Assembly (NCBI GenBank): GCA_012295275.1
Contig: CM022666.1
Span: 12,586,001 to 12,650,000 of the forward strand
Origin: Chrysomallon squamiferum
Lineage: Eukaryota; Animalia; Mollusca
Direction: 5' to 3'
Length of the DNA: 64,000 nt
The position numbers and the translations under genes were made by a program. Position 1 is the first letter of the stretch, and each line of letters opens with the position of its first letter. Under the pieces are notes generated by a model that saw only the letters and a list, made by a program, of their open reading frames with translations, searched no databases and had not been told where the DNA came from. Positions 25,302 to 40,736 of this stretch are shown in pieces.

Positions 25302-26482
25302 TGTTAAATGTTTAATTTTAGACACGAGTCAGAAACATTTAAAATATTAAAATTTTAAACTAAATTTTATATTGTGTTCAATTTTAAAGTTCTGTGGCTA
25401 TATTTAATAAACTGTTAAACTTTAATATTCTAAGACTGAACTGGATATATTGGTATTTTTTAAAATTCTAAGCTTAAATTGGATATACTTCTAAATTAAA
25501 AAACGCTCTGCCTAAAATTCTATTTCCAGTCTTCTGATATTTCTCTTTATTTTGTCTTTTGTAAAATCCTTGACACACCTAAAAGTACAAAACACTTTTG
25601 TCTTAAAATGCTATAACATAGCATATTATGACCTTATATCATGTTGTGTTTAAAGGATGGAATCTTATACGTGTGTTGTTGTTTTTTTGATTGCCATTGG
25701 TTATTATTAGCAGACGTACGTTATTCCACAGACACTAAAAAGACACCACACTAAACACCTAAGTCTCTCGAGTATCTGCAACAACAGGCAAATTACAACA
25801 CAGTTTATGCAACTTACTACTGAACAGTTATCCAAAGCAACCAAATATCCTTCATAACATGATTCTGCTGTCCAGAGATTTATGTACAAGTTCGCAGAGA
25901 TGATCATATCCCTGAATTAAACATTCGGGCTAGAAATTAACTAGAGTTAAACCAAAACATTCTGGATACAGTAACAATATTCGTGGTGTTTGACGTCTGA
26001 AAACGCGATTCACTATTTTTATTTATTTAAAAAATACAAAACTACCTTTTTCAGCTTATAATAAATACCTTACCTTCTTCAGAAAATTAATCTTTTATGA
26101 ATCAAACCACAAAATTAGCTGCTAATTATTTATCGGCTGCCCACAGAAAAAGCAATCATATAATTATATAGAGCTGTGTCTGTACATCTCTGGTAGATAA
26201 ACACACTGGATCGATTTAATTAACTTTCTTTCTCTTTCTCATGCTTTTTACATTGATTTACAACTTCATTAATAATTAAACAGCAGTGATATAAAATTCA
26301 CGGAGGAAAACACCTTTAATTAGCACTTCAGAGCGTCTAATGAGCATGATAATACTGCAGTAAACACATCCTGGTTTCTACATCTGTTTCGTGTATTTCA
26401 ATCTTTAACGAGAGACACGGTGCTTATGTCCAGCTACTCAGTCTGTCTAGACTTTTGACAAAATAAATTAATTATTAATTAA

Positions 26483-27568
<1,086 letters not shown>

Positions 27569-28959
27569 ATAAAACACACACACACACATACACACACACA
27601 CACAGGTTTTAGTGTTTAACTGCTAGTTTAGATCATTTTGTAAACGGTTTTCATAGCCTTGCTGAACCGGGCCATTCTTAGTTCGCTGGATAAAGCTGTT
27701 CTCACATACAGATTCTGTTCTTATCATATTCTTTTTTCTTATCAATATATATTTTTTATTTATTTTATTTTATTTTATTTTATTTTATTTATTTATTTAT
27801 TTATTAGTTCTTTTTTTTTTTTTTTTAGTTTTCCTCAAATTTATAGACATATAACCCAAACTTGTATATTCAGTTAAACATGCACACACACATATATAAA
27901 AATAATAAACCTTTCTTGCACTTGTTCGATTCCTCTGGTGTGAGTTTTAAATTTACTTATTTACATGTTACAACAAGCAAACCAAAATGACAACACGTCT
28001 GGACAGCTAATCTCATTTAAACTACGCTTTCTGGGAAATGCAGTAAAACATGATCGTCAATATTTCAAGCTTATGCTACATGCTTCTCGAAAATGCAATA
28101 ACTACTAGGTTTTTGTTGAGTTATAAAAACGTTATTGAACAGTCGGAAGACTTAGTCAGAACTAAAAAAATTAATTAGCAATATAAAAAAAAAAACGTAA
28201 CCAGGAAAATGAAAAAGAAAATAGGAGTGTTATGACATCAGACGCTTATTTTGCTAGATTCATTTTCTAATCAATCGAAATCACTGAATAATTTAAAGCA
28301 CTCAACAGCTACCAAGCATCTGTTTTGAAACTATAATATGTGAAATATTGGTATTCACTTTTTTCATTTTGTAAGAGAAAATGAACAGCTTGTCTATTGT
28401 ATAGTGCTGTAAATATACTGCGATTTCTTTAATGTATTATAAATGTAGTGTTTTTCTTTTTTCGCTTTCGATTCCTCGAGAATAAGCTTTAAGACCAATT
28501 TCAGTCTTTTGTATTTACTGACTGGCTCAAAATGTTCTTTTCTGTATGAGTGTTAATCAGTTTCGTCAGCTAATACTCCCATTTCAACTAAAATTTCTGG
28601 GAAATATATGAGTAACATTTCTCGGGAATTAGTCTAGTTTCAGTATTAATTTAAAGGTCAAGGACAAGTGACTCAATAAGCTGAGGAATTCCTTAATTAA
28701 ACAATGCTTTCTGGGAAATCCAGTGACGCACAGATAAACAGATAATACTATGCATTTCTCGGGAATACGATAACGAGCACCTGCTGGTCTTTTCAGGTTT
28801 TGTGTGAACGTTTCTCGAGAATAGAAAAATAAACAGCTTGACATTTAAATAGCTATTGGTCACGTTCCAAAATAACATTATAATCTTTGCATGAAGAATG
28901 TTTGTGTTGTTATAGAGGCATTTATCGAGAATAAAACAAGTAAAGAAACAGAAAGTAGA

Positions 28960-29020
<61 letters not shown>

Positions 29021-29968
29021 CGTAAAAGAAAACGAAACAAAGAAAATGTTATAAAACCAAACTTCATTGTCCAGGAATCTGAGATAACAAAACAGTTGAA
29101 CACAAAAACAACAGAACTCATTGGGTATAGCACCCAACAGCTGACAAGCGTTAATTTTGAATTAGTCATAAAAACTGTTATTCACATTTTCTTTATACAA
29201 GACAAGAAGATTGGCTTTTTATTCTGTGTTACGTACAGCTGTACATATATTGTGATTTAACTGTATTTCTTTAACGATTTTTACTGTTTTCTGGGTATTT
29301 TTCTTTCTAAAAAAAATTGTAATGAAAAACACGAGAAAATACAGGGTATCAAGGGAGTAACAACCACTGAAGTGAAAACTTTCTGTCTGAAATTTGTTTC
29401 ATGACAAACAAAATAAAATGTTGATGGTAGAATGATAGTGAAGAAAATTAAATTATATATATTTTTTTATCTTTCATACGTGTCAGATACATTCACGTAC
29501 AGACATACATATCTATTCATTGTGGAAACATGCAAAACACACACACACACATAAATGCTTACACAGATATATTTGAAACTTACAGATGGGTGGGTTTATC
29601 GTCAATATGTTTTCTTTAGTCAACTATATATTACGTATTATAGATATGATGGTACCTTTAAAATACAGTACAGATACAAGTAATGATATTTGCCGAGGGC
29701 TTGTTGAATTCCTCGAGTTGAATTTACTGATTGAGTCACAGATATCAAATGAACTGACACGCTGATCTCGACAGCTTGAACAGTAGCTGATTTATCAGGT
29801 GTCGGAAACCCTTGCGGGGTACATCTGGCACGCGATGGATTTTAGTCCGGTCCTCCAGCTAAACACTTGGAAACCAGTTATTACCGTAACTTCATTGTTT
29901 TTTTCTTTAAACCTTCAGACCAAAGCAGCCTTGCTTCCTAGCATGCCTTTTTGCTGCTCAATACTGAA

Positions 29969-30116
<148 letters not shown>

Positions 30117-32192
30117 CTCGTTGTAGCTCGATGTAAGTATATATATAATGGTTTCGGTATTCAGCTATTTCGTGATCTCAGATGTGTACATAAAATCGAT
30201 CATACATAATAAAGCATAATGGCTGTATATACAGGTAACAGTAAACAACTGCATTAGTTAAATTGTGTATATATTGTTTCAGTGCATATTGCGTTTATGA
30301 CTGTACATGTAGTTACTAACGTTTTGTAATATAAGATCAATAAAGTACATATTGCGCGTGATCCTGTGGCACCAACGACATGTAATAAATAGCATTTTAT
30401 AAGAAACATAGTTTAAAGGTACTTACCTAAATACAAAAACGAAAGAGAGATGAGCCGAGCTCCGAAGTGTTTATTCCTGGTCAGCCAGGTGCGTTGTAGC
30501 TGGTCTGTGCGTTATTTTACAGCACTCGGCTCATATCGTTACGTATTAATGTATTTAGGTATTTTAGTTGTCAAGATTATTGCCGTAATCAATTTACTCA
30601 GGATAAGACATCTTTTTCTACATATGTCCTTAATCGGTGCCTACCCATTAATTGGAGCCGGCTCATATCATTATGTATTTTAATTAATTATATGTCTGTT
30701 GTCAGATTGGATGGATTGTAACTTGATGACTTTGGTTGCTTTATAACTTTGGTTGCTATAGTTAAATATATTTTATTTTAATTTGTTGATGGCATGTCCA
30801 GGCGAGGCGTTTTTCTCACTATGATATTATTTCTATTTCCCTCGTTTCGTTTTCTTTCACATTTTATTATTATTATTACTATTATTGTTATTATTATTAT
30901 TATTATTATTATTTAAATCTTTTCAAATATTTGTTTCCTTCCTTCAGTTTGTTTACTGTTTTATTCATGACAAATGCTTGTATTGTTATAAAGTTTCAGT
31001 TATTAAAAGCAACATAAGCATTCATCTTACAATGCTAGTTTATTGCAATGTAATCATATCAGGTGTCCGCAACGTTTTGCAGAGAGGGGGCCATTCAGCT
31101 GTGCGGTGTTCTGGAAGACGGCCAAGACATCAAATATATTATACATATAATATTAAAATATTATTTTCCTTCTTTCAGTTTGTCATTCTCGACAAATGTT
31201 TGTATTGTTATAAAGTTTTAGTTATTAAAAACAACATAAGCATTGATTACACAATGATTATTTTAGGACAATGTAATCGTATCTGGGGTTGGCAACCTTT
31301 CTCAGTGGGAGCCATTCAGCTATGCAGTGTTCTGGAGGAGGACCAAGATACTAAAGTGTATTATACATATAGGTCGACCACTGTGATATGAAATCAGCAC
31401 AGCCTAGCCGATAAAAATTACTTTTGTCTCTTGCTAATGACTGTTAATTGCCAAGCGATTTCATTAATTGGATTACTGCTAACTAACGGTACGTATTTAC
31501 TTACTTTAATGATACATACTGGTTAATCACGAAATGTTAGACTGTATTAAAGTAAGCTATATAGGTAAATAATCAATGTTACATTTTCAAAAACTGTACT
31601 TTAATAGCACAACAGTATAAGACATTATAATAAGTAAAAAAATAACTACAAACGAATTCTACAAGTAGGTTTAACCTAAATTGTAACCCGCGGTTTAATA
31701 AGGAAATTAGGACCAATTTTCTAACTTAAACAGAGAAAACAGTAGGTGCTACTTTGGCGTGTGATCTACGTGATGATGTGGTCTACACTGAGAAATTCTA
31801 TGCGATTTTTTTAATTATTATTTTTTTATTCTTGTTTTTTATTTTGTTTTTATTGTTATTATATATTTATAATTTATCGTTGAATTGAGCTTAAAAGGTG
31901 AATAAGTTTGCTATAAACTAACATTTCCTGTTAAATTTAAAGGAGTATACAATCTTATAAACTGACATTTCCTATACCAAACAGTACATCTAAATATCCT
32001 GTTAAAACTTTCCACGGACTCTTAGGGAATGATTAAATTAAGTAAGTTTTGTATGGAAACAGATTTTAATACAAGATCAGTCAAGGGAGAATCAGGATAA
32101 GTATATAAGTATATAAGTATATATTGTAAGGATGTCTTTATAGACTATATTATTATTAAAAAGTCTGTTAAGTCCTGTTTTCAAAGTACTAT

Positions 32193-32626
32193 TTACCAAG
32201 CCACATTTACACCTAAAAAATGGCGCGTTGGATCAACCATTATGTGATGAAAATGAGAGGTTTTCACGTACACCAAGTCACCAGCATTTAGATTGAATGT
32301 TCCGCTCAGATAACTTGGGTATACGTCATGCCTTCTGTCGAATGCAGTGTTACATTCAGTTAGTTCGTTGCTAAGCAACACCTCATCTTCAGCCGTTGTT
32401 GCATTGTATATCATCACCTGATGTTTCCAGATTTGGTTCTTAGCGTAATGTTTGTTATTCCGTTTTTGCAAGTCAAAGACCATCTGACTGTAGACTCGAT
32501 ACGTTCCGTGTGTTGGTATGGTTATTTTACCATTTTCGTATTTCATCCAGTTCCGAACAATACTGCGTTTCAACTGGTCTTCACTGTTCCAGTTTCGAAT
32601 CATCCGAATTGATGTGTCATTTGGTG
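32193..32626 (-). CDS. TNF ligand copy 3, terminal THD exon
   Basis: Open to TAA, AG acceptor at 32628-32627, phase 1. Same THD motifs as copy 1 with one extra N-terminal Pro codon. Confidence 0.92.
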
Positions 32627-32632
32627 CTATAT

Positions 32633-32707
<75 letters not shown>

Positions 32708-33196
32708 TGATGATGATGAAGATAATGATGTTTGATGTTGATAATGATGTTGATGATAATAATAGTAACAATAATGATGAAAATAGTAATAATAAGAATA
32801 AGAATGATGGTAATATGTGATAATAATAACAATATCAACAACAACAACAATAATAATAATATAAAGACTACTACTGCTATTAATAATAACTAAGAATTTA
32901 CATTGCATGAACACTGACATTCTCTTATAATAAATAAATGTTTATGTTTTACAGTTTGGCCATTATAGAGACTCTGCATTAATGAACATAGCATATACAT
33001 ACATATGTACACAGACACACACACATAGACACACATACATACATCTATACACACACACACATAGACACACATACATACATCTATACACACACATACATAG
33101 CTACCTATAAGCACATTTATATATATACAAATAAAGAAACAAGTGATCAGAGATTGAAAGGTTCATAAAAAAGAAGAATAACAAAAAAACACCTAC

Positions 33197-33262
33197 TGTA
33201 ATCTGTATCTTCCAGTCCTTGTAGGTGTACCATTGGTTTAAACAGACTCAACTGATGAAGAG
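33197..33262 (-). CDS. TNF ligand copy 3, 66-bp strand-A exon
   Basis: Identical to the copy 1 exon, with TTTTAG acceptor and GTAGGT donor. Confidence 0.88.
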
Positions 33263-33505
33263 CTAAAACATAAATAAACAATGACTTTAATATTTTAACT
33301 ACTGTTTGTACTTTGATTCTTCTTTCTCGTATTAGTGATTAGTAGTGATTACTAGTACTCGTACTAGTAGCAGCAGCATTAGTAGAGACAGTATTAGTAA
33401 TAGTTTACTGCATTACTTTCTTATTTCATTCCATGTATATATATATATATATGTATGTGTGTATATATATATATTTATGTATATGTGTACATGTATGTAT
33501 GTGTG

Positions 33506-33543
<38 letters not shown>

Positions 33544-34737
33544 CATATACACTTATACATATGCCTAATACCTTACAGATTCTTAACGATATACATTATA
33601 TATGCCTGTACTAAATTTTGTACACTACTACAACAATCACCTATGTTTTCGGTACCCGTCATTTTTAATAACAAAGTAAGTACAACCATAAAATAACACA
33701 TCAGTGAGGATGAATGGAGGTTCTTGTTTTATTCTGATATTAAAATACTCACCAGATTCCATTAATGTACACCAGTGTTAGCAAATTCAAGGAAAAAATA
33801 ACATATAGAAAATAGATAAATTGTTAGTCTCAAATGAATCACTTCAAGCTCATAAATAAAAATAAAATGCAATAAGGTTAGCTATCCCATGAAGAAAATA
33901 TGTTTTTAATTATTGTCAGAAATGGGGGAAACATAACAATTAGCTTTACATTACAAGAATATAAAACTTCTTACTAATTGATCTTTTACTCCTCAATGGT
34001 TTACTAGTTGAATTTTTTATTTCACTTAAAGTTCTTTCATAAATCTGAAAAGTTAAAAGAATTCAAGAATAATACATATAATAATAGTTTCTATGATATA
34101 TATTTCTAAAGTGGTAGTATTTAATTGTCAAAGGATATGGCAAGACAAAAGTTTGTGTGTTGTGTGTTTTTAGTGTATATTTATGTATGTAGATATGTTT
34201 TTTTTTATTTTTTTTTAATTTAACTCTTTATTCAATTTTTTTTTATCATTTTCAAAATGTGGATATACAGGAGACTGAAGAAAGGTTAACTTGTGACAGT
34301 AAGAATGTCAAGAATAAAATAACACAAACATAAAAACATCTAAAGACGAAAGGCAGGTAAACATTTAATAACAACTAAACAAGGTATAAAGAAGTTGGGA
34401 ATGTAAACACTTAATAACAGAATATAAATTATGTTGAGAAATAAAAAAACTATTTATCTATTTTGTAATTGTAATGATGGTACTTCTATAATTTAAATAA
34501 TATAAATTTGAACATTATTTACACTGGTGATTTTCTTTCAGTGTTTGTATTCATGCTGAGGTAATTTCCAGTTGGAACGAAAATCAACAGATTTTTTAAT
34601 CTTTTTTCTGAATCTTTATTTGGCAATTCAAAAACATCATTAATGTCCATAGCATTTTAGTATCAGAAATTGCCTTACAAAAATTCATTGCTATTCCGGT
34701 ATGTTTACAGGACAACAATGGAAATAGTGTTTTTCAC

Positions 34738-34790
34738 TTTCTCGTACTCTCCTGGTATTTTAATGTTTGTATGTAGACCTTTTTACATTA
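34738..34790 (-). pseudogene. TNF copy 3 candidate stalk exon, first codon CAA>TAA
   Basis: Homolog of 4389-4441, reading *CKKVYIQTLKYQESTR in phase 0. Confidence 0.5.
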
Positions 34791-34986
34791 CTGTACAAAA
34801 TAAACCATACCAAATAAAAAGTTAAATTAACATTCTAATGAAACGCCCAAAAGAAAGCTATTGCTTAGTATATATTTAAATTATTATTATTTCCCAATGT
34901 TATTTGTAATAATTATTAATTTATTTTTATTACTTTTACAGGAAATAATGCATTATTATTATTATTATTAATTTATAAATAAATAC

Positions 34987-35208
34987 GTTCTTCAAATTGC
35001 AGTTTCCAATGCAACATTTAGTTGTTTTATTAATTTCCCGCCTTTTTGTAAAGAACACTGCAGTAGTTTCCTGATATAATACGCAATTATAGTTTACAGG
35101 CGTTTGTTGTTTTGTCAACAGTAAAATAATTAAAACTATAGACACAATTACTACAACCATATTGATACAGAAAATCACCAAAGTTAAGATTTTTATTCAT
35201 TTAAACAT
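34987..35208 (-). pseudogene. TNF copy 3 first exon type B with an early stop (MFK*IKILTLVIFCINMVVVIVSIVLIILLL...KCCIGNCNLKN)
   Basis: TGA at 35199-35197 where copy 4 has Arg. CVLC is changed to CVLY. GTATTT donor in phase 0. Confidence 0.6.
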
Positions 35209-35876
35209 TACAGCGGAGAAATAGTAACATAGGACACAAAACGAGTCACGTGACGCTTCACATCAATAATTCTACGCTACACAATTCGGGACAAAATTTA
35301 ATAAACGCGTAGTTGTTGCATGCAGTTTTTTGCCTAATTATTACAATTCTGATATTAATTAAATAGTTATTTTTGTGACTGTGATGACAATCATCATTAT
35401 TACAAACATTGTTATTATAAATAGTAATTTTATCTATTTATCAGGAGTGTTAGTAACTATAATATAGACTACTTAAGAAAGAAAGAAAGAAAAAAAATGA
35501 ATACCTCCTTGAAGTAGCTCTTTCCAATGCAATATTTCTGGTGTGATTTTTCTTCGTTTGCAAGTAACAAACCCTTTAAAAGAAAACCTTCCTGTCACTA
35601 TACAAACTAATGCTGGAGGGCCTGAGGTTCACATTTCTTTCTCGTTATAAAGGAGAGAAATAACAGAACAGAGCAGGTATTGAAAGTTCTGCTATATATA
35701 TTTTTTTCACACGAGTTTGGAGCGGTATGTGTATGTAAGTGTGTGTGTGCGTGCGTGCGTGTGTGTGTGCGTGTGTGTGTGTACATATATTACATATAAA
35801 AACGTTCGTTTACCTTATTCAGGCCTCCCTTTACTAACAGAAATTTTAATAGTTTCGTTTGGTCTTCTGCACTCAC

Positions 35877-36008
35877 CTTCTGTTCACAGAACACAAGTTC
35901 GGCCTTTGTGTCTGATCCGTAGTTTTTATACCTAACAATCTTCAAAGCAGTAAAAACAGTCGCTACAATTATGTTGCTAAAAATTAGGACGCAAACCAAA
36001 GTTCTCAT
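35877..36008 (-). CDS. Exon A unit 1 (diverged): MRTLVCVLIFSNIIVATVFTALKIVRYKNYGSDTKAELVFCEQK
   Basis: 44 open codons, TM segment, AAG|GTGAGT donor in phase 0. Confidence 0.62.
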
Positions 36009-37090
36009 TTTTTTTTCTTCTGTTTGTTTAATTTCTGCTTTTAAACGCCCGAAGTGTGTGAGTGAAAAAAGATTAACGCGTAAATCTGATCAAGCTGACA
36101 TGAAACACGTCTATGATGAGCACGCTCTCTGGCAAAGCCACGGTGTGAGTTAGTTTGTACACGTGTACGAGGACCAATCACAGCTAGACTTAACAGAAAT
36201 CGATGACGTCATCACATAATCAGTCCTTGTAGACCTGATTAGCACGTAATTTTCTTTCAGTTTCAGTTTCAGATACTACGTTAATTTCTTACACATTACT
36301 TAGTAAAACTGGTGTATCCTCTGTTTGGAAGAAAGAAACAAGTATGAAACAACAACGACGGCGATGACAATAACAACAACAATAATAACAACAAGAACAA
36401 TATAAATGATTGTTATAAATATTTTAATAAAGCGAAAGTGTTTTATTTAGTGTTATTTATTAATTAATTTATTTTCTTTACATCTTTATTTTTTAATTAT
36501 TTTATTTCATTTTATTTATTTTCTTAAAAGCATTTTAATTCCAAACAAGCGAATTGTATTAGTGTCTTCCATGACTACGATTCAATCGATTATCAGTCAT
36601 ATGATGGAAATTACGTGGATTCGTTTTAGAAAGCTATTTCTGCAGTAGGTTTACCCGAAGGTGATTCCCCTTTGGAAATTCTAACCGTTATTTTTAACAT
36701 TTTGCGTCATGTGAAAAAATATACCACTTATTATTATATCCATGGTGTATACTTACAATAAATATCTCATTAAAATAAGCAATCTGCGCTTGACTTGTTG
36801 AAACTGTATGTACAGGGAAGAAACATCACTTTATACCTTGTAGCTTAATTTTGTCATGGGTGGCTGGGGCTCACGTTTCTTTCTTGTTTATTAACGACAC
36901 AAACAAGAGAACAGCAGATATTGAATGTCCTACCATATATATTTATTTCAGACGAGTTTGGAGCGGTGTGTGTTTGTACGTAACGTCTAGAGGAAGTTAC
37001 AGTTAATTGAAATAAATAATTTAAAAACGAATACCTTGTTCAGGCCCCCGTTACTAACTTAACGTTTAATAGTTTGTTTTCTGATCTCAC

Positions 37091-37240
37091 CTTATTCTCT
37101 TCGCACAATATAGGCTCTGTCTGTGTCTGTGATCCGCGGTTTTGATACATAATAACCTTCAAAGCAATCGAAACAGTCGCTAGAAGTATGCCGAGACACA
37201 ACAGGTCACAAACTAAAGTTCTCATTATTTTTAGCTTCAT
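37091..37240 (-). CDS. Exon A unit 2 (MKLKIMRTLVCDLLCLGILLATVSIALKVIMY...LCEENK)
   Basis: 50 open codons, AAG|GTGAGA donor in phase 0. Confidence 0.6.
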
Positions 37241-37372
37241 TTTTGTTTAATTTCTGCTTTTAAACGCCCGAAGTGTGTGAGTGAAAAAAGATTAACGCGT
37301 AAATCTGATCAAGCTGACATGAAACACGTCTATGATGAGCACGCTCTCTGGCAAAGCCACGGTGTGAGTTAG

Positions 37373-37905
37373 TTTGTACACGTGTACGAGGACCAATCAC
37401 AGCTAGACTTAACAGAAATAGATGACGTCATCACATAATCAGTCCTTGTAGACCTGATTAGCACGTAATTTTCTTTCAGTTTCAGTTTCAGATACTACGT
37501 TAATTTCTTACACATTACTTAGTAAAACTGGTGTATCCTCTGTTTGGAAGAAAGAAACAAGTATGAAACAACAACGACGGCGATGACAATAACAACAACA
37601 ATAATAATAACAAAAGAACAATATAAATGATTGTTATAAATATTTTAATAAAGCGAAAGTGTTTTATTTAGTGTTATTTATTAATTAATTTATTTTCTTT
37701 ACATCTTTATTTTTTAATTATTTTATTTCATTTTATTTATTTTCTTAAAAGCATTTTAATTCCAAACAAGCGAATTGTATTAGTGTCTTCCATGACTACG
37801 ATTCAATCGATTATCAGTCATATGATGGAAATTACGTGGATTCGTTTTAGAAAGCTATTTCTGCAGTAGGTTTTCCCGAAGGTGATTCCCCTTTGGAAAT
37901 TCTAA
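37373..37905 (-). promoter_or_regulatory. Putative immune-inducible promoter module (shown for unit 2; repeated in every unit)
   Basis: TATA-like TACAAA at 37378-37373 (TATAAA in units 6 and 7), E-box CACGTG 37379-37384, CCAAT 37393-37397, CRE TGACGTCA 37423-37430, ISRE-like GAAACTGAAACTGAAA 37489-37474, and kB-like GGGGAATCACC 37891-37881 next to GAS-like TTTCCCGAA. Confidence 0.55.
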
Positions 37906-38309
37906 CCGTTATTTTTAACATTTTGCGTCCTGTGAAAAAATATAGCAATTATTATTATATCCATGGTGTATACTTACAATAAATATCTCATTAAAATAAG
38001 CAATCTGCGCTTGACTTGTTGAAACTGTATGTACAGGGAAGAAACATCACTTTATACCTTGTAGCTTAATTTTGTCATGGGTGGCTGGGGCTCACGTTTC
38101 TTTCTTGTTTATTAACGACACAGACAAGAGAACAGCAGATATTGAATGTCCTACCATATATATTTATTTCAGACGAGTTTGGAGCGGTGTGTGTGTGTGT
38201 AACGTCTAGAGGAAGTTACAGTTAATTGAAATAAATAATTTAAAAACGAATACCTTGTTCAGGCCCCCGTTACTAACTTAACGTTTAATAGTTTGTTTTC
38301 TGATCTCAC

Positions 38310-38459
38310 CTTATTCTCTTCGCACAATATAGGCTCTGTCTGTGTCTGTGACCCGCGGTTTTGATACATAATAACCTTCAAAGCAATCGAAACAGTCGCT
38401 AGAAGTATGCCGAGACACAACAGGTCACAAACTAAAGTTCTCATTATTTTTAGCTTCAT
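38310..38459 (-). CDS. Exon A unit 3
   Basis: Same peptide as unit 2, GTGAGA donor. Confidence 0.6.
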
Positions 38460-39522
38460 TTTGTTTAATTTCTGCTTTTAAACGCCCGAAGTGTGAGTGA
38501 AAAAGATTAACGCGTAAATCTGATCAAGCTGACATGAAACACGTCTATGATGAGCACGCTCTCTGGCAAAGCCACGGTGTGAGTTAGTTTGTACACGTGT
38601 ACGAGGACCAATCACAGCTAGACTTAACAGAAATAGATGACGTCATCACATAATCAGTCCTTGTAGACCTGATTAGCACGTAATTTTCTTTCAGTTTCAG
38701 TTTCAGATACTACGTTAATTTCTTACACATTACTTAGTAAAACTGGTGTATCCTCTGTTTGGAAGAAAGAAACAAGTATGAAACAACAACGACGGCGATG
38801 ACAATAACAACAACAATAATAACAACAAGAACAATATAAATGATTGTTATAAATATTTTAATAAAGCGAAAGTGTTTTATTTAGTGTTATTTATTAATTA
38901 ATTTATTTTCTTTACATCTTTATTTTTTAATTATTTTATTTCATTTTATTTATTTTCTTAAAAGCATTTTAATTCCAAACAAGCGAATTGTATTAGTGTC
39001 TTCCATGACTACGATTCAATCGATTATCAGTCATATGATGGAAATTACGTGGATTCGTTTTTAGAAAGCTATTTCTGCAGTAGGTTTTCCCGAAGGTGAT
39101 TCCCCTTTGGAAATTCTAACCGTTATTTTTAACATTTTGCGTCCTGTGAAAAAATATAGCAATTATTATTATATCCATGGTGTATACTTACAATAAATAT
39201 CTCATTAAAATAAGCAATCTGCGCTTGACTTGTTGAAACTGTATGTACAGGGAAGAAACATCACTTTATACCTTGTAGCTTAATTTTGTCATGGGTGGCT
39301 GGGGCTCACGTTTCTTTCTTGTTTATTAACGACACAGACAAGAGAACAGCAGATATTGAATGTCCTACCATATATATTTATTTCAGACGAGTTTGGAGCG
39401 GTGTGTGTGTGTGTAACGTCTAGAGGAAGTTACAGTTAATTGAAATAAATAATTTAAAAACGAATACCTTGTTCAGGCCCCGTTACTAACTTAACGTTTA
39501 ATAGTTTGTTTTCTGATCTCAC

Positions 39523-39672
39523 CTTATTCTCTTCGCACAATATAGGCTCTGTCTGTGTCTGTGACCCGCGGTTTTGATACATAATAACCTTCAAAGCAAT
39601 CGAAACAGTCGCTAGAAGTATGCCGAGACACAACAGGTCACAAACTAAAGTTCTCATTATTTTTAGCTTCAT
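39523..39672 (-). CDS. Exon A unit 4
   Basis: Same peptide as unit 2, GTGAGA donor. Confidence 0.6.
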
Positions 39673-40736
39673 TTTTGTTTAATTTCTGCTTTTGTTTTTT
39701 TTTTTGTGTTTTGAAAAAGATTAACGCGTAAATCTGATCAAGCTGACATGAAACACGTCTATGATGAGCACGCTCTCTGGCAAAGCCACGGTGTGAGTTA
39801 GTTTGTACACGTGTACGAGGACCAATCACAGCTAGACTTAACAGAAATAGATGACGTCATCACATAATCAGTCCTTGTAGACCTGATTAGCACGTAATTT
39901 TTTTTCAGTTTCAGTTTCAGATACTACGTTAATTTTTACACATTACTTAGTAAAACTGGTGTATCCTCTGTTTGGAAGAAAGAAACAAGTATGAAACAAC
40001 AACGACGGCGATGACAATAACAACAACAATAATAACAACAAGAACAATATAAATGATTGTTATAAATATTTTAATAAAGCGAAAGTGTTTTATTTAGTGT
40101 TATTTATTAATTAATTTATTTTCTTTACATCTTTATTTTTTAATTATTTTATTTCATTTTATTTATTTTCTTAAAAGCATTTTAATTCCAAACAAGCGAA
40201 TTGTATTAGTGTCTTCCATGACTACGATTCAATCGATTATCAGTCATATGATGGAAATTACGTGGATTCGTTTTTAGAAAGCTATTTCTGCAGTAGGTTT
40301 TCCCGAAGGTGATTCCCCTTTGGAAATTCTAACCGTTATTTTTAACATTTTGCGTCATGTGAAAAAATATAGCAATTATTATTATATCCATGGTGTATAC
40401 TTACAATAAATATCTCATTAAAATAAGCAATCTGCGCTTGACTTGTTGAAACTGTATGTACAGGGAAGAAACATCACTTTATACCTTGTAGCTTAATTTT
40501 GTCATGGGTGGCTGGGGCTCACGTTTCTTTCTTGTTTATTAACGACACAGACAAGAGAACAGCAGATATTGAATGTCCTACCATATATATTTATTTCAGA
40601 CGAGTTTGGAGCGGTGTGTGTGTGTGTAACGTCTAGAGGAAGTTACAGTTAATTGAAATAAATAATTTAAAAACGAATACCTTGTTCAGGCCCCCGTTAC
40701 TAACTTAACGTTTAATAGTTTGTTTTCTGATCTCAC

